From the human T2T-CHM13v2.0 reference genome, Homo sapiens: a stretch of DNA of 64,000 nt. This document shows positions 1-14,135 of this stretch, one piece after another. The stretch is from NCBI RefSeq assembly GCF_009914755.1, contig NC_060930.1. One strand, given 5' to 3'. Below the pieces are notes generated by a model, which searched no databases, was not told where the DNA came from, and saw only the letters and a program-made list of their open reading frames with translations. Position numbers and translations under genes: made by a program. How positions within the stretch are numbered: the stretch's first letter is position 1; the number at the start of each line of letters is the position of its first letter.

Positions 1-289
1 TTGATAATCTACTTCAACCAAATTCAGCTCTATGTCAGGCACTCAAGGCAGAGCACATGATGTGTCCATTGCGAATTGGGGACAGGCACCTTCAAAGCAC
101 AGACGCAGAGACAGGGATGAGTAGGGCCTACACAGCCTCAGCAATGCTTCCTTGGACAGAAAAGAAAGCAATGAATTCCTGTGAACCTATTCTGAAGCAT
201 GTGCCAGCATCACTTCCTGAGCTTGAGCCATCAGAAGAATGAGGGATTTCCTGACTTTCAAAGTCCTCCATCCATGCTGGGCAGGCTCA

Positions 290-600
290 TTCCTAAAAGA
301 AACAGCCCCTTCATCTCAGCAGCTTAATACAATATTTCTTGCTCATGTAACAGTGCAGTGAGGGTGGATGGAGGGCTCTGTTCTATGCAGTGATTCAGGG
401 ACCTCAGATCCATCATCTTCCAGCACCTTGGAGTCCTTTGTTAAATCCTCTCCACTGGGACATCTCACTGGGGATAAGTGAAGAGGTATGAGCTCACTTG
501 GTCTCACCATCACAGCCTGGATGGTGACACTCATCATTTTGCCTCAGGTTCTTCAGGAAAGAACTAGTCTCATGGCCCCATCTATATGCAAGCTCTGCCA
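290..600. mobile_element. Old MaLR LTR remnant (MLT1K/L-like)
   Basis: Degenerate motifs such as 'ctctgttctatgcagtgattcagggacc' resemble old MLT1 LTRs; boundaries approximate. Confidence 0.4.
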
Positions 601-711
601 CAAACATTTAAAAAAAAAAAAAGGTTTCTATTTTTCCAATTTTCCGCAATTGAAAGAGTCTAACGACAGCAGAGAATGATATGGTAGAAGATAGCCTGGA
701 ATCAGTAGTGT

Positions 712-831
712 GTGTACTAGATAGAATAATCCCCTCACCAAACACCTCCATGTTTAATCTCAGAACCTGTGAATGTTACCTTATATGGCAAAAGGGACTT
801 TGCAGAAGTAATGAAGTTAAAGATTTTGAGA
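712..831 (+). mobile_element. MLT1 (C/D-like) LTR 5' fragment
   Basis: 'cagaacctgtgaatgttaccttatatggcaaaagggactttgcag...gttaaagattttgaga', similar to the copy at 3434. Confidence 0.7.
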
Positions 832-1939
832 ACTTTTTAAATTTATTCTTACTTCCCAAGTGGCTACTTCCCTAATCCTGACTAGGAAAATTATCAACTA
901 AAATCTTACATATTCCTTTAAGATGTAGCCCAATTTGGTGGAAATATATTAACATTTGATGTAGATATCATTGTCACCTCAATAATTTATTCCCATTATC
1001 TGTGAGAAAATGTAAAAGTTTGGCTGAACAATTATAATGTGGCATTTAAACTTCTCATTTACCAACCTTAAGATTTCCAATCTTAGAAACCATATTTAAA
1101 GTAAAGCTCTCAACATGCTATGCTATTCTTAGCTCAGTTAGAAAATGATGCTGGTTATAGCAGCATAGCTATGATGTTGCCATGGTTATCTACCTGTTAA
1201 TGATTAAATTTGCTTCCTTTTATACTTATTAGAATGTATATTTTGAAAATGGAAAAGTTTCAGTGTATTAGAAGATTACAAGATCCAAAGTTCTGAAACA
1301 AAAGTTTGTGTATTAGAAGCCTGTTTAGGCTATGATGTTCAGAAGATACTTCTTGTGTGTCCCCTACGGGTTTTGTTTTATTTTTATTTTTCTCATCAGC
1401 TACAAATGGATAAGCATTTTATGCATCAGAGATTCATTATAATTTCCTGGGAACAGACAAACTTGGTGAAAAATAGTATGAATTATGCAAAAATATAAAT
1501 TTGTTTAAATACCACAAAGCATCAGCAAATTAAATGTTTGTTTCAATTATTTATCAGACCCATCCTCTTGCATCTACACACAAAATTATTGCCATAAGCT
1601 TCCAAGCCAAGCAAAGTTTTAGCATCACAGAAATAAGATTAATGACTGCTAATTTTTTACAGGAATGATTCTAAAACTCATAAGGTAAGATACTTTTTTT
1701 TCAATTTTATTTTTAAAATCACTCAACTGCTTGTCTCTTCTCCACCTTCCAGCACAGCAAATAATTAGTATCCTCACATTTATAGCCATCACTACAAGTT
1801 TTTAGAAAAAGAGCCAAAACTTGGAAACTGTTTACAACATATATATCTGAATCTTTAGATTATTTGGCTCTGTTTGAGATGGAAAAAAAGTAGGGGGTGG
1901 ACTATGAGGTAATGTTTATCTTCCTATGCTTTTCTATTT

Positions 1940-2060
1940 GTTTATTTCACAGGCATTTCCTGAGTGCTTAATATGTGGCAAGCCCTGCCCTGATGCTAGG
2001 GATACAGGAATGAACAGACTCGGTTCCTATCTTTATAGAGCTTTTAATAGCAATGGTAAG
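1940..2060 (-). mobile_element. L2 3' end fragment
   Basis: 'catttcctgagtgcttaatatgtggcaagccctg...ctagggatacag' matches the reverse complement of the L2 3' end. Confidence 0.6.
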
Positions 2061-2399
2061 AAATGATGAGGCCTAAACCAAGGCTTGTGAATGGGTCAAT
2101 CCCTTCTGACAACAGGATGGACCGTTAGCCTGGCCTTCAAATTCTTCAGCCTATATTTTAAGCCTTCCTTGCCGGAATTTACCATGCTTCCTTCAAACAG
2201 GCTATTTGTGTACGTCATTAGAAACCCAATTCCTGTGACAATGGCCCTATTTGCTATCTGCAATGAGAAAATTATATCCAGATTTCAAGGTCTAACTCAA
2301 ATCTCTCTTTCTCCGTATGGCCTTCCATGACCTGATGTCCTCTCTCAGTCTTCTGGACACCCGAAGACTCTTTATTTAATGTCAAAAATCATGTGGAAA

Positions 2400-2600
2400 A
2401 CTTTTGACTTTCCTTTATGAGCCAGATACTTCACAAGGTATATTTTGTTTGCATACTGAATGAACTTTATAATGAAAATATCTCCATTTTAATATAAAAT
2501 GACTGGAGTTTCAGTGGAAATAAATAAGTTACCACAGGTTGGAGCTACAACTCAACCCAGAACATTATGATTCAAAAATCTATGTTCTTTCTAACACACT
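2400..2600 (-). mobile_element. MIR remnant
   Basis: Degenerate MIR core 'ctccattttaatataaaatgactggagtttcagtgga...aagttacc'. Confidence 0.45.
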
Positions 2601-2843
2601 ATAATGACTTAATAATAATTTTTAGATTTCTTATCATCTTATAAATTCTGTTAAGTTAGGAATCATCTTTAAATATGTCTGTATTTCCCTTAGCACCTAA
2701 AAACCAATGCTTTTCCCATGATACATTCTGAGTAAAATTTTGTTTCATGATTAAGATAATCATGACCAAAATGCAAGATAAAATTATAATAAATGTCTTC
2801 CTCCTCAAGTGATATATAAAATAACAATTAGAAGAGTCAGGAA

Positions 2844-3194
2844 GGCCAGGCATGGTGGTTCATGCCTATAATCCCAGTACTTTGAGAGGCCAAGTTGGGA
2901 ATATTGCTTGAGTCAGGAGTTCAAGACCAGCCTGGGCAACATAATGAGACCCCTGCCTCTACAAAAAGTGTGAAAATTAGCAAGGCATGGTGGTGTGTGC
3001 CTGTAGTCCCAGCTACCCAGGAGGCAGAGGTGGGAGGATCGCTTGAGCCTAGGAGGTCAAGGATGCAGGGAGCGATGATGGCATCAATGCTCTCCAGCCT
3101 AGGTCACAAAGCAAGACTCTGTCTCTAAAAAGATAGATAGACACGTAGATGATAGATAGGTGATTAGAAAAATAGATAGATAGATAGATAGATC
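2844..3194 (+). mobile_element. AluJ with (GATA)n tail
   Basis: Alu dimer with J-type features; TSD agtcaggaa at 2835-2843 and 3195-3203. Confidence 0.92.
3131..3193. repeat. (GATA)n tetranucleotide microsatellite, interrupted
   Basis: Direct read: agatagatag...atagatagatagatagatagat. Confidence 0.9.
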
Positions 3195-3433
3195 AGTCAG
3201 GAAGAAGAAAGTCACAGTGAGACAGTATAAGGTGGAAAAGAAGCTTAGAATGAAAGGTTGTGTAGAATTTAAGCTGCTGATGTTAGTGGGCAAAAGCATT
3301 AAAAATATGGGAAAAGCTAAGAGTAAAGGTTTAGCAATGAGAATGAAGAAGGTCTATCCATGGGTTTGCAATTGGAGGACTCTGACTACAACAGAGTGAT
3401 AGAGTATAAGATAGCCTAGAATGATTAGTGGGT

Positions 3434-3880
3434 GTGGTGGACAGAATAGTGTATTGTCCCCCACACCCTGCAAAGACATCCATGTCCAATCCTGGAACTT
3501 ATGAATATTACTTTATACAGAAAATGGGACTTGGCAGAATTAATTAAGGATTTTGAGAGAGGGAGATAATCTAGGATTATCCAGGTGGGCACAGTATAAT
3601 CACAAGCATCCTTGTAAAAGACAGTCAGGGAATAGAAACAGATGTTAAGACAGAAGTAGGAATTGCGAGTGATACAAGCAAGGGGTCAATGAGTCAAGGA
3701 ATGTAGGCAGCCTCTAGAAGCAGAAAAGGCAAGGAAACAGATTCCCTCCTGAAGGAATGCAGCTCTGCCAACACCTGATTTTAGACTTCTGATTTCCAAA
3801 ACTGTAAGAGATTAAAATTGAATTGTTTTAAGCCAGCCCATTTGTGGTCATTCGTTACAGGAACAATAGGAAACTAATAA
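3434..3880 (+). mobile_element. MLT1D-like MaLR solo LTR
   Basis: Starts tgtggtggacagaat; contains 'ggcagcctctagaagcagaaaaggcaaggaaacagattc'; ends 'caataggaaactaata'. Confidence 0.85.
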
Positions 3881-4474
3881 TAGGGTATCAGGACATCAGA
3901 AGTTTGAGGGCCATACTAAATAACTAAGAATCTACCCTGAATGCATTGAATTTTTCTAAGCTTAGAATGGAAATAAATTAATGTTATGGAGATGAATTAT
4001 ATTGTTACAGTTATTCAGTTATCTGAACCATTGTGGTAGCATTGAGAATGGAGCCAAGAGGCAGATATGAAGGATTCTAGGAAGAAAATTGTAGAAATAC
4101 CTGGAGACTATCTCTGAGGAACTCAGAAAAAGCAAGAAAGATTCAAAAGCATACCTAAATTATGAGTGTGAGAGGTATAACTGAGAGAACAATGTAGGTG
4201 GAATAGTAAGTGTTAAGGAAGATGGTACATTAAGTGCTATACATGTTGAGTTTAGCTATCTGAGGTCATATCCATTAGACAATAGAAGATGGACTACTAG
4301 AGAAAGAGAGATGCTTGGATATGCTGCTAACTAATTGTGAGCTCCATGAAAGTAGAAATAAAATCCTTTTTTCATTACCTATAAACCCAAATACAGCACA
4401 CGTCACGCAGTAGATGCTAAGAACATGGCTGTTGATAGAGGAGTTACCTGATCATGCTAATAAAATGTCTTGCA

Positions 4475-5828
4475 CCAATGGAACAGAACAGAGGCCTCAT
4501 AAATAACACCACACATCTACAACCATCTGATCTTTGACAAACCTGACAAAAACAAGCAATGGAGAAAGGATTCCCTATATCATAAATGGTGTTGGGAAAA
4601 CTGGCTAGCCATATCCAGAAAACTGAAACTGGACCCCTTCCTTACACCTTATACAAAAATTAACCCAAGATGGATTAAAGACTTAAACATAAGACCTAAA
4701 ACCATAAAAACCCTAGAAGAAAACCCAGGCAACACCATTCAGGACATAGGCATGGGCAAAGACTTCATGATCAAAACACCAAAAGCAATGGCAACAAAAG
4801 CCAAAATTGTCAAATGGGACCTAATTAAACTAAAGAGCTTCTGCACAGCATGAGAAACTGAAAAATCATCAGAGTGAACAGGCAATCTACAGAACGGAAG
4901 AAAATTTTTGATATCTATCCATCTGACAAAGGGCTAGTATCTAGAATCTACAAAGAACTTAAACAAATTTAGAGGAAGAAAAAACATGTCAAAATGTGGG
5001 CAAAGGATATGAACAGACACTTTTCAAAAGAAGACATTTATGCGGCCAACAAACATATGAAAAAATGTCAACATCACTGGTCATTAGAGAAATGCAAATC
5101 ACAGCCACAATGAGATACCATCTCATGCCAGCTTGAATGGCGATCATTAAAAAGTCTGGAAACAACAGATGCAGGAGAGGATGTGGAGAAATAGGAATGC
5201 TTTTACACTGTTGGTGGGAGTGTAAATTAGTTCAACCATTGTGGAAGATAGTGTGGCAATTCCTCAAGGATCTAGAACCAGAAATACCATTTGACCCAGC
5301 AATCCCATTACTGGGTATATACCCAAAGGATTATAAATTATTCTACTATAAAGACACATGCACATGTATGTTTATTGCAGCACTATTCACAATAGCAAAG
5401 ACTTGGAACCAACCCAAATGTCCACCAATAATAGACTGGATAAAGAAAATGTGGCACATATATACCACGGAATACTATGCAGCCATGAAAGAGGATGAGT
5501 TCATGTCCTTTGCAGGGACATGAATGAAGCTGGAAACCATCATTCTCAGCAAACTAACACAGGAACAGAAAACCAAACACTGCATGTTCTCACTCATAAG
5601 TGGGAGTTGAACAATGAGAACACACGGACACAGGGAGGGGAACATCACACACTGGGGCCTGTCGGGGTGGGGGGCTAGGAGAGGGATAGTGTTAGGAGAA
5701 ATACCTAACATAGATGACAGGTTGATATGTGCAGCAAACCACCACGGTACGTGTATACCTATGTAACAAACCTGCACGTTCTGCACATGCATCTCAGAAC
5801 TTAAAGCATAATAAAAAAAATTAAAAAT
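4475..5828 (+). mobile_element. 5'-truncated L1PA (L1PA7-like): ORF2 3' end plus 3'UTR
   Basis: ORF 5137-5523 is the L1 ORF2p C-terminus ([13 protein letters not shown]...IYPKDYK); A-tail; perfect 14-bp TSD taaaatgtcttgca at 4461-4474 and 5829-5842. Confidence 0.95.
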
Positions 5829-6010
5829 TAAAATGTCTTGCAGACACTTCTGATTTGAAAACCATCTCTTTGGGATAAATGTCTAGTTGAAGGGTTTATC
5901 TCTTTGTTAAGTGATATCCTGTCCTCCTGTTTCCAATTTTGCATTTGGATTCAGATATATATATCTATGTGGCTTAGATGGGAAGCATTGCCCAGTACCT
6001 ATGCCTTCCT

Positions 6011-6058
6011 CTAGGTCTTGATATGTCTGCTGAACTAGGTCTTGATATGTCTGCTGAA
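6011..6058. repeat. Perfect 24-bp tandem duplication
   Basis: ctaggtcttgatatgtctgctgaa x2. Confidence 0.95.
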
Positions 6059-6839
6059 CTGTGTCTGGGCCCATTTAGTCCCAGGGTGTCTTTCACTGAT
6101 CTCTGCTGAATTGGGACTGTCCCATGTGGCCACTTGAGCATCACTTTGGCACTGTTGTAGGTACCATGATCTCAGGCTACCAAGGTGATACAACCTCCTC
6201 ATCCCTATCAAAGGCATCTTGTATTTTCTTCCAGCACATCCCCTGCCTCTTAGAGATAATTCCCTTGGAATTCTCAGTTGCTTCCTCTGCATCATTCTGA
6301 AGTGTACTAGATCCAGTGAAGTTGTCATCAAGCCCAACGACTTAGCTCTCCTCCCTCTGTCTTTGTTACTCAGCCATTCCCACATCGTGATGGACATGAT
6401 AGTGTTAAATGCAGATATCTCTGAGATTCAGGAAGGCTTTCTTGAACTGCACCTTTGCAACCCTGAATCCTCCAAATTTATCTGAATATTTTAAAACAGC
6501 CTGTTAGTTTTCTTATTGTCTCTCCGTGGACTTTAAAATGTCATATTTGAGCAATGACTTCACAGTGACTTCTTGGTTGTAGACAGAATCTTTTACTTCC
6601 TTCCTTAGAGCAATAAGCATAGGTCTCATGACTTGGCCTTAAGGATAGAAGACTGCAGAGGAAGCAAAGGAAATATTTGAGAAAGGAAAATTTATTGAAA
6701 GCCATTTCAAAAGCATTATTTGCCTCTAAAGTAAAAGGGTTGAAGACAAGAGCATGAATGAGAGTGGAAAGAATGAGAATAAGAAAGAATAAAGGTTGAG
6801 GACTGAAGTTGAGGAAGGCTACAAAGCAGGATATGGAGA

Positions 6840-7055
6840 AGATGAGGAGATAGAGCAGACTCTGAAAAACAATTATTGAGCCAGGAGAATAACTCAGTGC
6901 TCACAGCACCCAAGTCCATAGGAGGAGAGAACTTACCAAAGAGGAGATGAGGAGATAGAGCTATTCTTAAAAACAATTATTGAGCCAGGAGAATAACCCA
7001 GTGCTCACAGCACCCAAGTCCATAGGAGGAGAGAACTTACCAAAGAGGAGATGAG
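6840..7055. repeat. ~104-bp tandem duplication
   Basis: 'aaaaacaattattgagccaggagaataa(t/c)...acttaccaaagaggagatgag' twice, period 104-105. Confidence 0.95.
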
Positions 7056-7247
7056 CAAAAAAGCAAAAAAGTAAGGAGGTCAAGGAGAATGGAGATCCAA
7101 AAGGGGGTCCAGGATCTGACAAGTGTACAGTAACTGTTAACATTTGACAGGTCAGAGTTAAGAGTAGAATTTGTATTAGGACCCAGAGAATTTTCAGGAA
7201 ATACTTCACAGTAGAATATTGCTTTCAATATTATTGGAAGCCATTAT

Positions 7248-7420
7248 ACACACACACACGCGTGCGCACGCACACACACACACACACACACATATACTCA
7301 ATATTTACTTTTGTTATTATCCCTATGTAAATAATACTGGTATATGGCCACCCTACTAAAGTATATTTTGTGTAGGTATGTATGTGTGTGTGTGTGTATG
7401 AGTGTGTACATGCATGTGTG
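7248..7420. repeat. (CA)n/(CG) tract followed by degenerate (TG)n tract
   Basis: Direct read at 7248-7292 and 7372-7420. Confidence 0.85.
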
Positions 7421-9850
7421 GGTAAAACTCATTCTCAATTATTATTTTCTGTACATGTTACATAATTCTCCTTTTAAAACACACCAAAGTTATTGTGATT
7501 TCAGCAGATGGTCATCTCAGTTCTTACTATAAAGTTCCAAGGCCAGAAGAATGTTATTGTTCTAATAAGCTACTAAATAAAGCAATCATTTTGTTTTTTC
7601 AAGAGTTGCTAAGCTTTAAGTAAGGGAAAAATGTCAATTTAAGAATTGAAATTAAGGCTTATGTTATAAAAACACTGTATTAATTCCACAGAGAACTTAT
7701 GAGGTAGTAGATTATATACCACCACATGCATCCAAAATTCATTTCATTAGATACTCGAGGAATTGAATTTTATACTTCAAATACTTTATTGGTCACTGTA
7801 AAATTCATTAATAATTATACTTTTCAGTTAAATATTTCATCATAAAAATATATTCAATAAGGCAGGCAGATTATACTTTTCCATACATGATAGGTATAAA
7901 AATATCTCTGTGGTACTTTTTTTTTTAGTACACCTATTAAAATGGCTCAGATGAAAAAAGTGCCTAACAGCAGAATGATCAACCTGACAAATACTAAACT
8001 AAAAAGACTCATGAGTTCTACACAAAGAGACTACAGGCAAGATATTTACGATTTTTGAACCCCAGTTTTTCATTCTATACATTTATCTGAAATCTATAAA
8101 GATTTAGAATAATGAGGGGCATAACTCATATGCTAGGCCAAGATATGGTGCATAAATCTTAAGTGGTAAGATGCTACTCTTTTATCATTTATTTAAATGT
8201 TTCATGTTTTATAAAAATATAAAACATGAAATATAGTTTAGTAATAGCATGGAGAATCAGCAAAAGTTTCCTAGATTCATTCAGATTCACTTTCTCGCTT
8301 TCGACACAATGTAATCATTTCAGCAGGTCATTCTGTTGATATACGTTCTCAGTATACAGAATATCAATGAAATTACTGTGTTAGATTTTACAAAAGTAAA
8401 AATCAAATCCATGCAACTCATTATTTTCTCATTTATTTAATGTCTAAATAAAAGCTCATCCTCCTGATTGACAGAATGGCTGGAACTGTCAACCTCATTT
8501 ATTTAACCAAAATTTATTAAAGCCCACATGAGGCTACACAGTGACAAACAAAACTTAGCTTTAGAACAGAAAGTGTATTTGAGGGTGTAACAGCTTATCA
8601 AAGGCTTGGCACATTCTTGAATTATCAGATACAGAGGAAGGCCTTGATACCAAATCAGGCAAACAAAGAAAGCACATAAGATTTGCAGACTGATATCATC
8701 TAATTCACTGACCTGTTTACACTTCCAGAAAAGGACTAACATTTCTGGGGTTGAATGAGACTGAAAAGAAAGAATAAAAAGCTTTGTGACCATGGCAGCT
8801 GATGAGGGCATGCATTGCTGTTAGTAAACGCCATTGGCTGATATCTTCCATGCAAAGTGATGCATCGGTCCTGCAGAATTACATTTATTGCAGAAACCAG
8901 CACATGAGGGCACAGAGTTTGGCTCTTACATTATTACTTTTTAAAAGAAAATAAAATGGAAACAATTTTGCAGACCTCTTATTGACGCTCCCTGAAATTA
9001 AATAATTAAACATTAGTGTGTGATAAATAAAAGCGTTTTTTTTTCTTAAGTCCCCAGGGGTCCCAAGGGGTGAAAACAGCCGCATATTTTGTCAGAAAAA
9101 TGGCTTGCAACTAACATGCTGCTTTCCCCAGAAATAATTGGTATGTGGGGAAAACACAATGAAGCACATATTAATAATGTAAAAGCTAGGCTTTAAAAAG
9201 ATCAACTTTCAACTGATAGTTAACAATTTCCTTCTACATTATCAGAGAAAAATCTGGGAAGGAATTCAGATGCATCTTTTCAATCCATCAGATAATATTC
9301 ATGAACTTATTTTGCATATCGATCGGAGCTTTGTCACATTATGGTCTCTAAAAATCAATATTTGTACAAGGTTGTTTTCCCTTCCTTTCAAGCATTATCT
9401 TTGATTTATTATTCTCTCCCCAAATAAAAACATTCTATTCCACCAAAGCCTTGCAAATCTCCAGATGGTTCCAGAAATGTTTCTCTGCGGAGCTGTTTTT
9501 TTTTTTTCTTGAAATAATTGGTGGTTCAATAACTAGCTTTGTTTGTTTGCTTGCTTGCTTGTTCGTTTTCATAACATGCTTGAGTGATTCTTCATATTAA
9601 AACCACTTGAGTTTCCCCTTTCTTCTGAACTTTACTTCCCTTTCCTGCAACTCTTTTTTATTGTGTCTCTGTATGTCCAGCTAAAGTATTACAGGTGTGA
9701 GAAGACGGGAGAATGGTCTATTATCCCCCAAGGTGAGAGAAAGGGGAAACTCAGGTGTCTTTGGTATGAAGAATCGCTCAAGCACGTTATGAAAACAAAC
9801 AAATATGAAAAATCATATAGGAACAATTTCTTTCCATTTATCCCAGGTCA

Positions 9851-10275
9851 CGACTAGCAACATAATTTGCAGGGTCTAGTGCAACATGAAAATGTGGAGC
9901 CTTTTTTCATGAATTACTAAGGGCTTTAAGAAGTTAGGCTGGGCACGGTGGCTCACGCCTGTAATCCCAACACTTTGGGAGGCCGAGGCAGGCAGATCAC
10001 GAGGTCAGGAGATCGAGGCCATCCTGGCTAACACGGTGAAACCTCGTCTCTACTAAAAACACAAAAACAAAATTAGCCGGTCGTGGTGGTGGGCACCTGT
10101 AGTCCCAGCTGCTTGGGAGGCTGAGGTGGGAGAATGGCGTGAACTTGGGAGGCGGAGCTTGCAGTGAGCCGAGATCGCGCCAGACTCCATCAAAAAAAAA
10201 AAGGTGACACCAGAGCATTAAACCAAAGACAGGACCCTTCTAATGCAGGGCCTGAGTGCTACTGCATAGGATACA
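9851..10275 (-). mobile_element. MER45A hAT-Tip100 DNA transposon split by an AluY
   Basis: 'cataatttgcagggtctagtgcaacatgaaaatgtgg' before the Alu and 'cagagcattaaaccaa...ccttcta' after it match consecutive parts of MER45A. Confidence 0.75.
9937..10202 (+). mobile_element. AluY with a deletion near the 3' end
   Basis: Y diagnostics (gatcacgaggtcaggagatcgag, agaatggcgtgaac, gcggagcttgcag); lacks 'ctgcactccagcctgggcgacagagcg'. Confidence 0.93.
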
Positions 10276-10488
10276 TAACATATTGTTAATATGTTGGTTA
10301 AAAAAATAAAAGCATTACACAACTATAATTTGGGACACAGTGCTGAACAAGTCTTTGATTTTGTTTTTAGTTTGTGTGCTTGTTTTCTATCTTTTTAAAT
10401 GCAAGTGTTCTCAGGAAATGTCAATAAGCTGCTGCTCATTGTGCCTGCCTTAGCATTCCCCTCCTCCTTTCAAAAGTAGAACCTATGA

Positions 10489-10728
<240 letters not shown>

Positions 10729-10755
10729 TAGGAAAAGAAGAAATTCAAGGATGTT

Positions 10756-11264
10756 GTGATGGTTAATTTTATGTGTCAACTTGACTGGGCTAAGGGATAC
10801 CCAGATAGCTGATAAAATATTATTTCTGGGTGTGTCTGTGAAGGTGTTTCCAGGAGGATTAATATTTGAATCAGTAGATTGAATAAAGATGCCTTCACCA
10901 ATGCAGGTGGGTATCATCCAATCTGTTTAAGGCCTGAATAGACCAAAAAATGTGGAGGAAGAGTGAATTCACTCTCCCTTCTTGACCTGGGATATTCATC
11001 TTCTCCTGCCCTCAGACATTGGTCCCCTGATTCTGAGGCCTTCAGACTCAGAGTAGGACTTACACCATTGTCTTCCCTGGTTCTTAAGTCTTCTGGTTTG
11101 TACTGGAACTACACCACCAGCTTTCCTGGGCTTCCGACTTGCAGAAGGCAGATTGGGGGACTTCTCAGCCTCCATAATCCCAGAGCCAAATCCTCATAAT
11201 AAATCTCTATATATCTAGATATATTCTATTGGTTGTGTTTCTTTGGAGAAGCCTGTCTAACACA
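10756..11264 (+). mobile_element. MLT2 (ERVL) solo LTR
   Basis: Starts tgtgatggttaattttatgtgtcaacttgactgggc; ends ctttggagaagcctgtctaacaca. Confidence 0.9.
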
Positions 11265-11600
11265 GGTGTGTTACTGAGACTGCCACTGCTATGGGAAACT
11301 GGGCTAGATCTCCCTGAAACCCCCTGAGGGGCCACAGAGAATGTGCCTCAACATTGTACACCCCACCTAAGAGGTGGAAGAAAGGAGCTTTTATCCTCTT
11401 GGTCTTGTTGCCCATTAGCCAAGTGTGGCCCTATCAGGGGTTAACTCCCTGGGCTTTCCATATTGCATGTGAGAGTGCCTGGATAAAGACTTCATGCAGT
11501 TGAAGCCGGACTCTGTCAGGGGGTGAGCCTGTAGCTATGTGAAGCTGCCTGCAGCAGCAGCAGGGCTAGAGGGGCAAACAGGCCCTGATACAGTGATCCC
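11265..11600. mobile_element. LTR16-like ERVL LTR remnant; other part at ~10682-10755, interrupted by MLT2
   Basis: 'gtgttactgagactgccactgctatgggaaactgggc' resembles LTR16; weak match. Confidence 0.4.
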
Positions 11601-13389
11601 CCCACCCAAGCTGGGGCTTACCAGCAGCACACCCAAACTGATTTCTAACTAAAGCTCTTTACTACTCAAAATACCTATTAACATCTTTCTGGACAGGTGC
11701 TATACATGCAGCACAGTTTGGAACAAAGAAGAGCAACTATTATGGGAGTTAGATATTTCTTTTCAAAGAAATCCCACCTTGGGAAGGGCAGATTAGATAT
11801 CTGAAAGACCAGTGGAAATATTAGGACAGAGAGAATGAAAGCCTGACTCCAGCTGAAGGGCAGTTGTGTAATTGTTTTGAATTTCCTCCCACAGATAGAA
11901 ACATGAGGAGATGGCCCCACCAACTATGTTCTGTGCCAGCTCTCCTGGAACTCTTTAATGTATATCCAGAGAGTTTTAATAGGGGGGATATCACTTTTAT
12001 GCTGTATAAGTCAGACATTTTTTCAAATGATTGCTCGATGAAACAGAAAATAACCTTTCTGCCTGCAAACTGGTAATAGTAAAAAGTTAAAAGTGAACTT
12101 GGCTACAGCTAAAAATTACACAAAGAGAAACCAGTTCCTTGTTTAAGACAATTCTAAACACAAGCACTCTTGGTCTCCAAGACAGCTGGCAGTAATTTGC
12201 AGACATATTGTGAATAAATGTCTTCTTACTATATTTGTTTAATTGTGACAGCAGACTCATAGAGCAATCTCAGCACTGGGGGGAAACTCCCTAAATATGT
12301 TTTGTGTAGGTGTTTCCACAGAAGTGATACAATTAACATAGAAATCAGGAAAACAAAACAATCTTTACATAACTAAGTTTACATTTCTACTTTTATTTAG
12401 GAACTCTATATGTATGTTCATTTTCCATCAATAATTTGCTATAAAAATTGCTTTCACGCATCTTCTCTAAAGCACTTTTCCCATTTTCCCATCAGTCAGG
12501 CTACATTGTTGATGATGTCTTGAGCCCTGAACTTGATAGTGTGTCAGCAAGATGTTGATACATTTAGCAAAACACAAATATTTCTGTCTCTTAAGGAGGC
12601 TATAATTGAAATATCAAAATGGCAACATTTCCTGTATTGAAGAAACCATTTTATTAGGTTTTTAAAGACCAGATTTATCTAAAGAGCAAATAAATGCTTT
12701 GAAAGAATGCTTTTATCAGGATTTTCAAAATGTAATTGTTTTACTCTTAAAATGTTTATTTGTAATTGGAAAACATGACTTTAAATATTTAGTTTTCCAT
12801 CTGTTTTAAAATGTAAACACCCACAAAGGCTGTATGTTGCCAGTTTTCCCTACGCTCCTTTTTATTGCCTCAATATACTTCTGCTTATAAACCTGGTAAT
12901 TTCACATAAAAATAGCTCAATAGCATGGGCCTACAAAGCAAGACTCCTTTAAAACCAGTGTATAAGTGTATTAAAAAACAGAGCAAGGTATACTTAAATT
13001 TATTCTTAGATATGGGATTTCAATAAAAATTCCTTTATATCAACAAGGATATTGTTTGCAGACCTGACATCAATAAAAGTTTTACTTACAATATTAAAGG
13101 CAAAGATCACATATAAAGAATTCAAACTTAGAGAGAAACCTGGAATTCCATGTTCTTTGTACTACATTTTATTTCTATATTTCATATTTTCTCTTTGCCA
13201 CATCTATTTGTAATACAATAAAATAAAACAAATATGTTAGAACTTCCTCTCTAAGTCTGGGTAACTTTCAACACAGCAAATCATAAAGTATCCAAGCCTC
13301 AGTTACCTGACCTATAAAATGAGGATATTGTACCAAGCAACCACTGTCACCGTACACGTTATAATTAAGTGTTGTCACTGTGTTTTTAT

Positions 13390-14135
<746 letters not shown>

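Noticed and set aside
6716-7209. Two minus-strand ORFs sharing a peptide (HLLFGKFSPPMDLGAVST), suggesting a repeat protein
   Set aside because: Direct consequence of the 104-bp DNA tandem duplication; no splice or coding evidence
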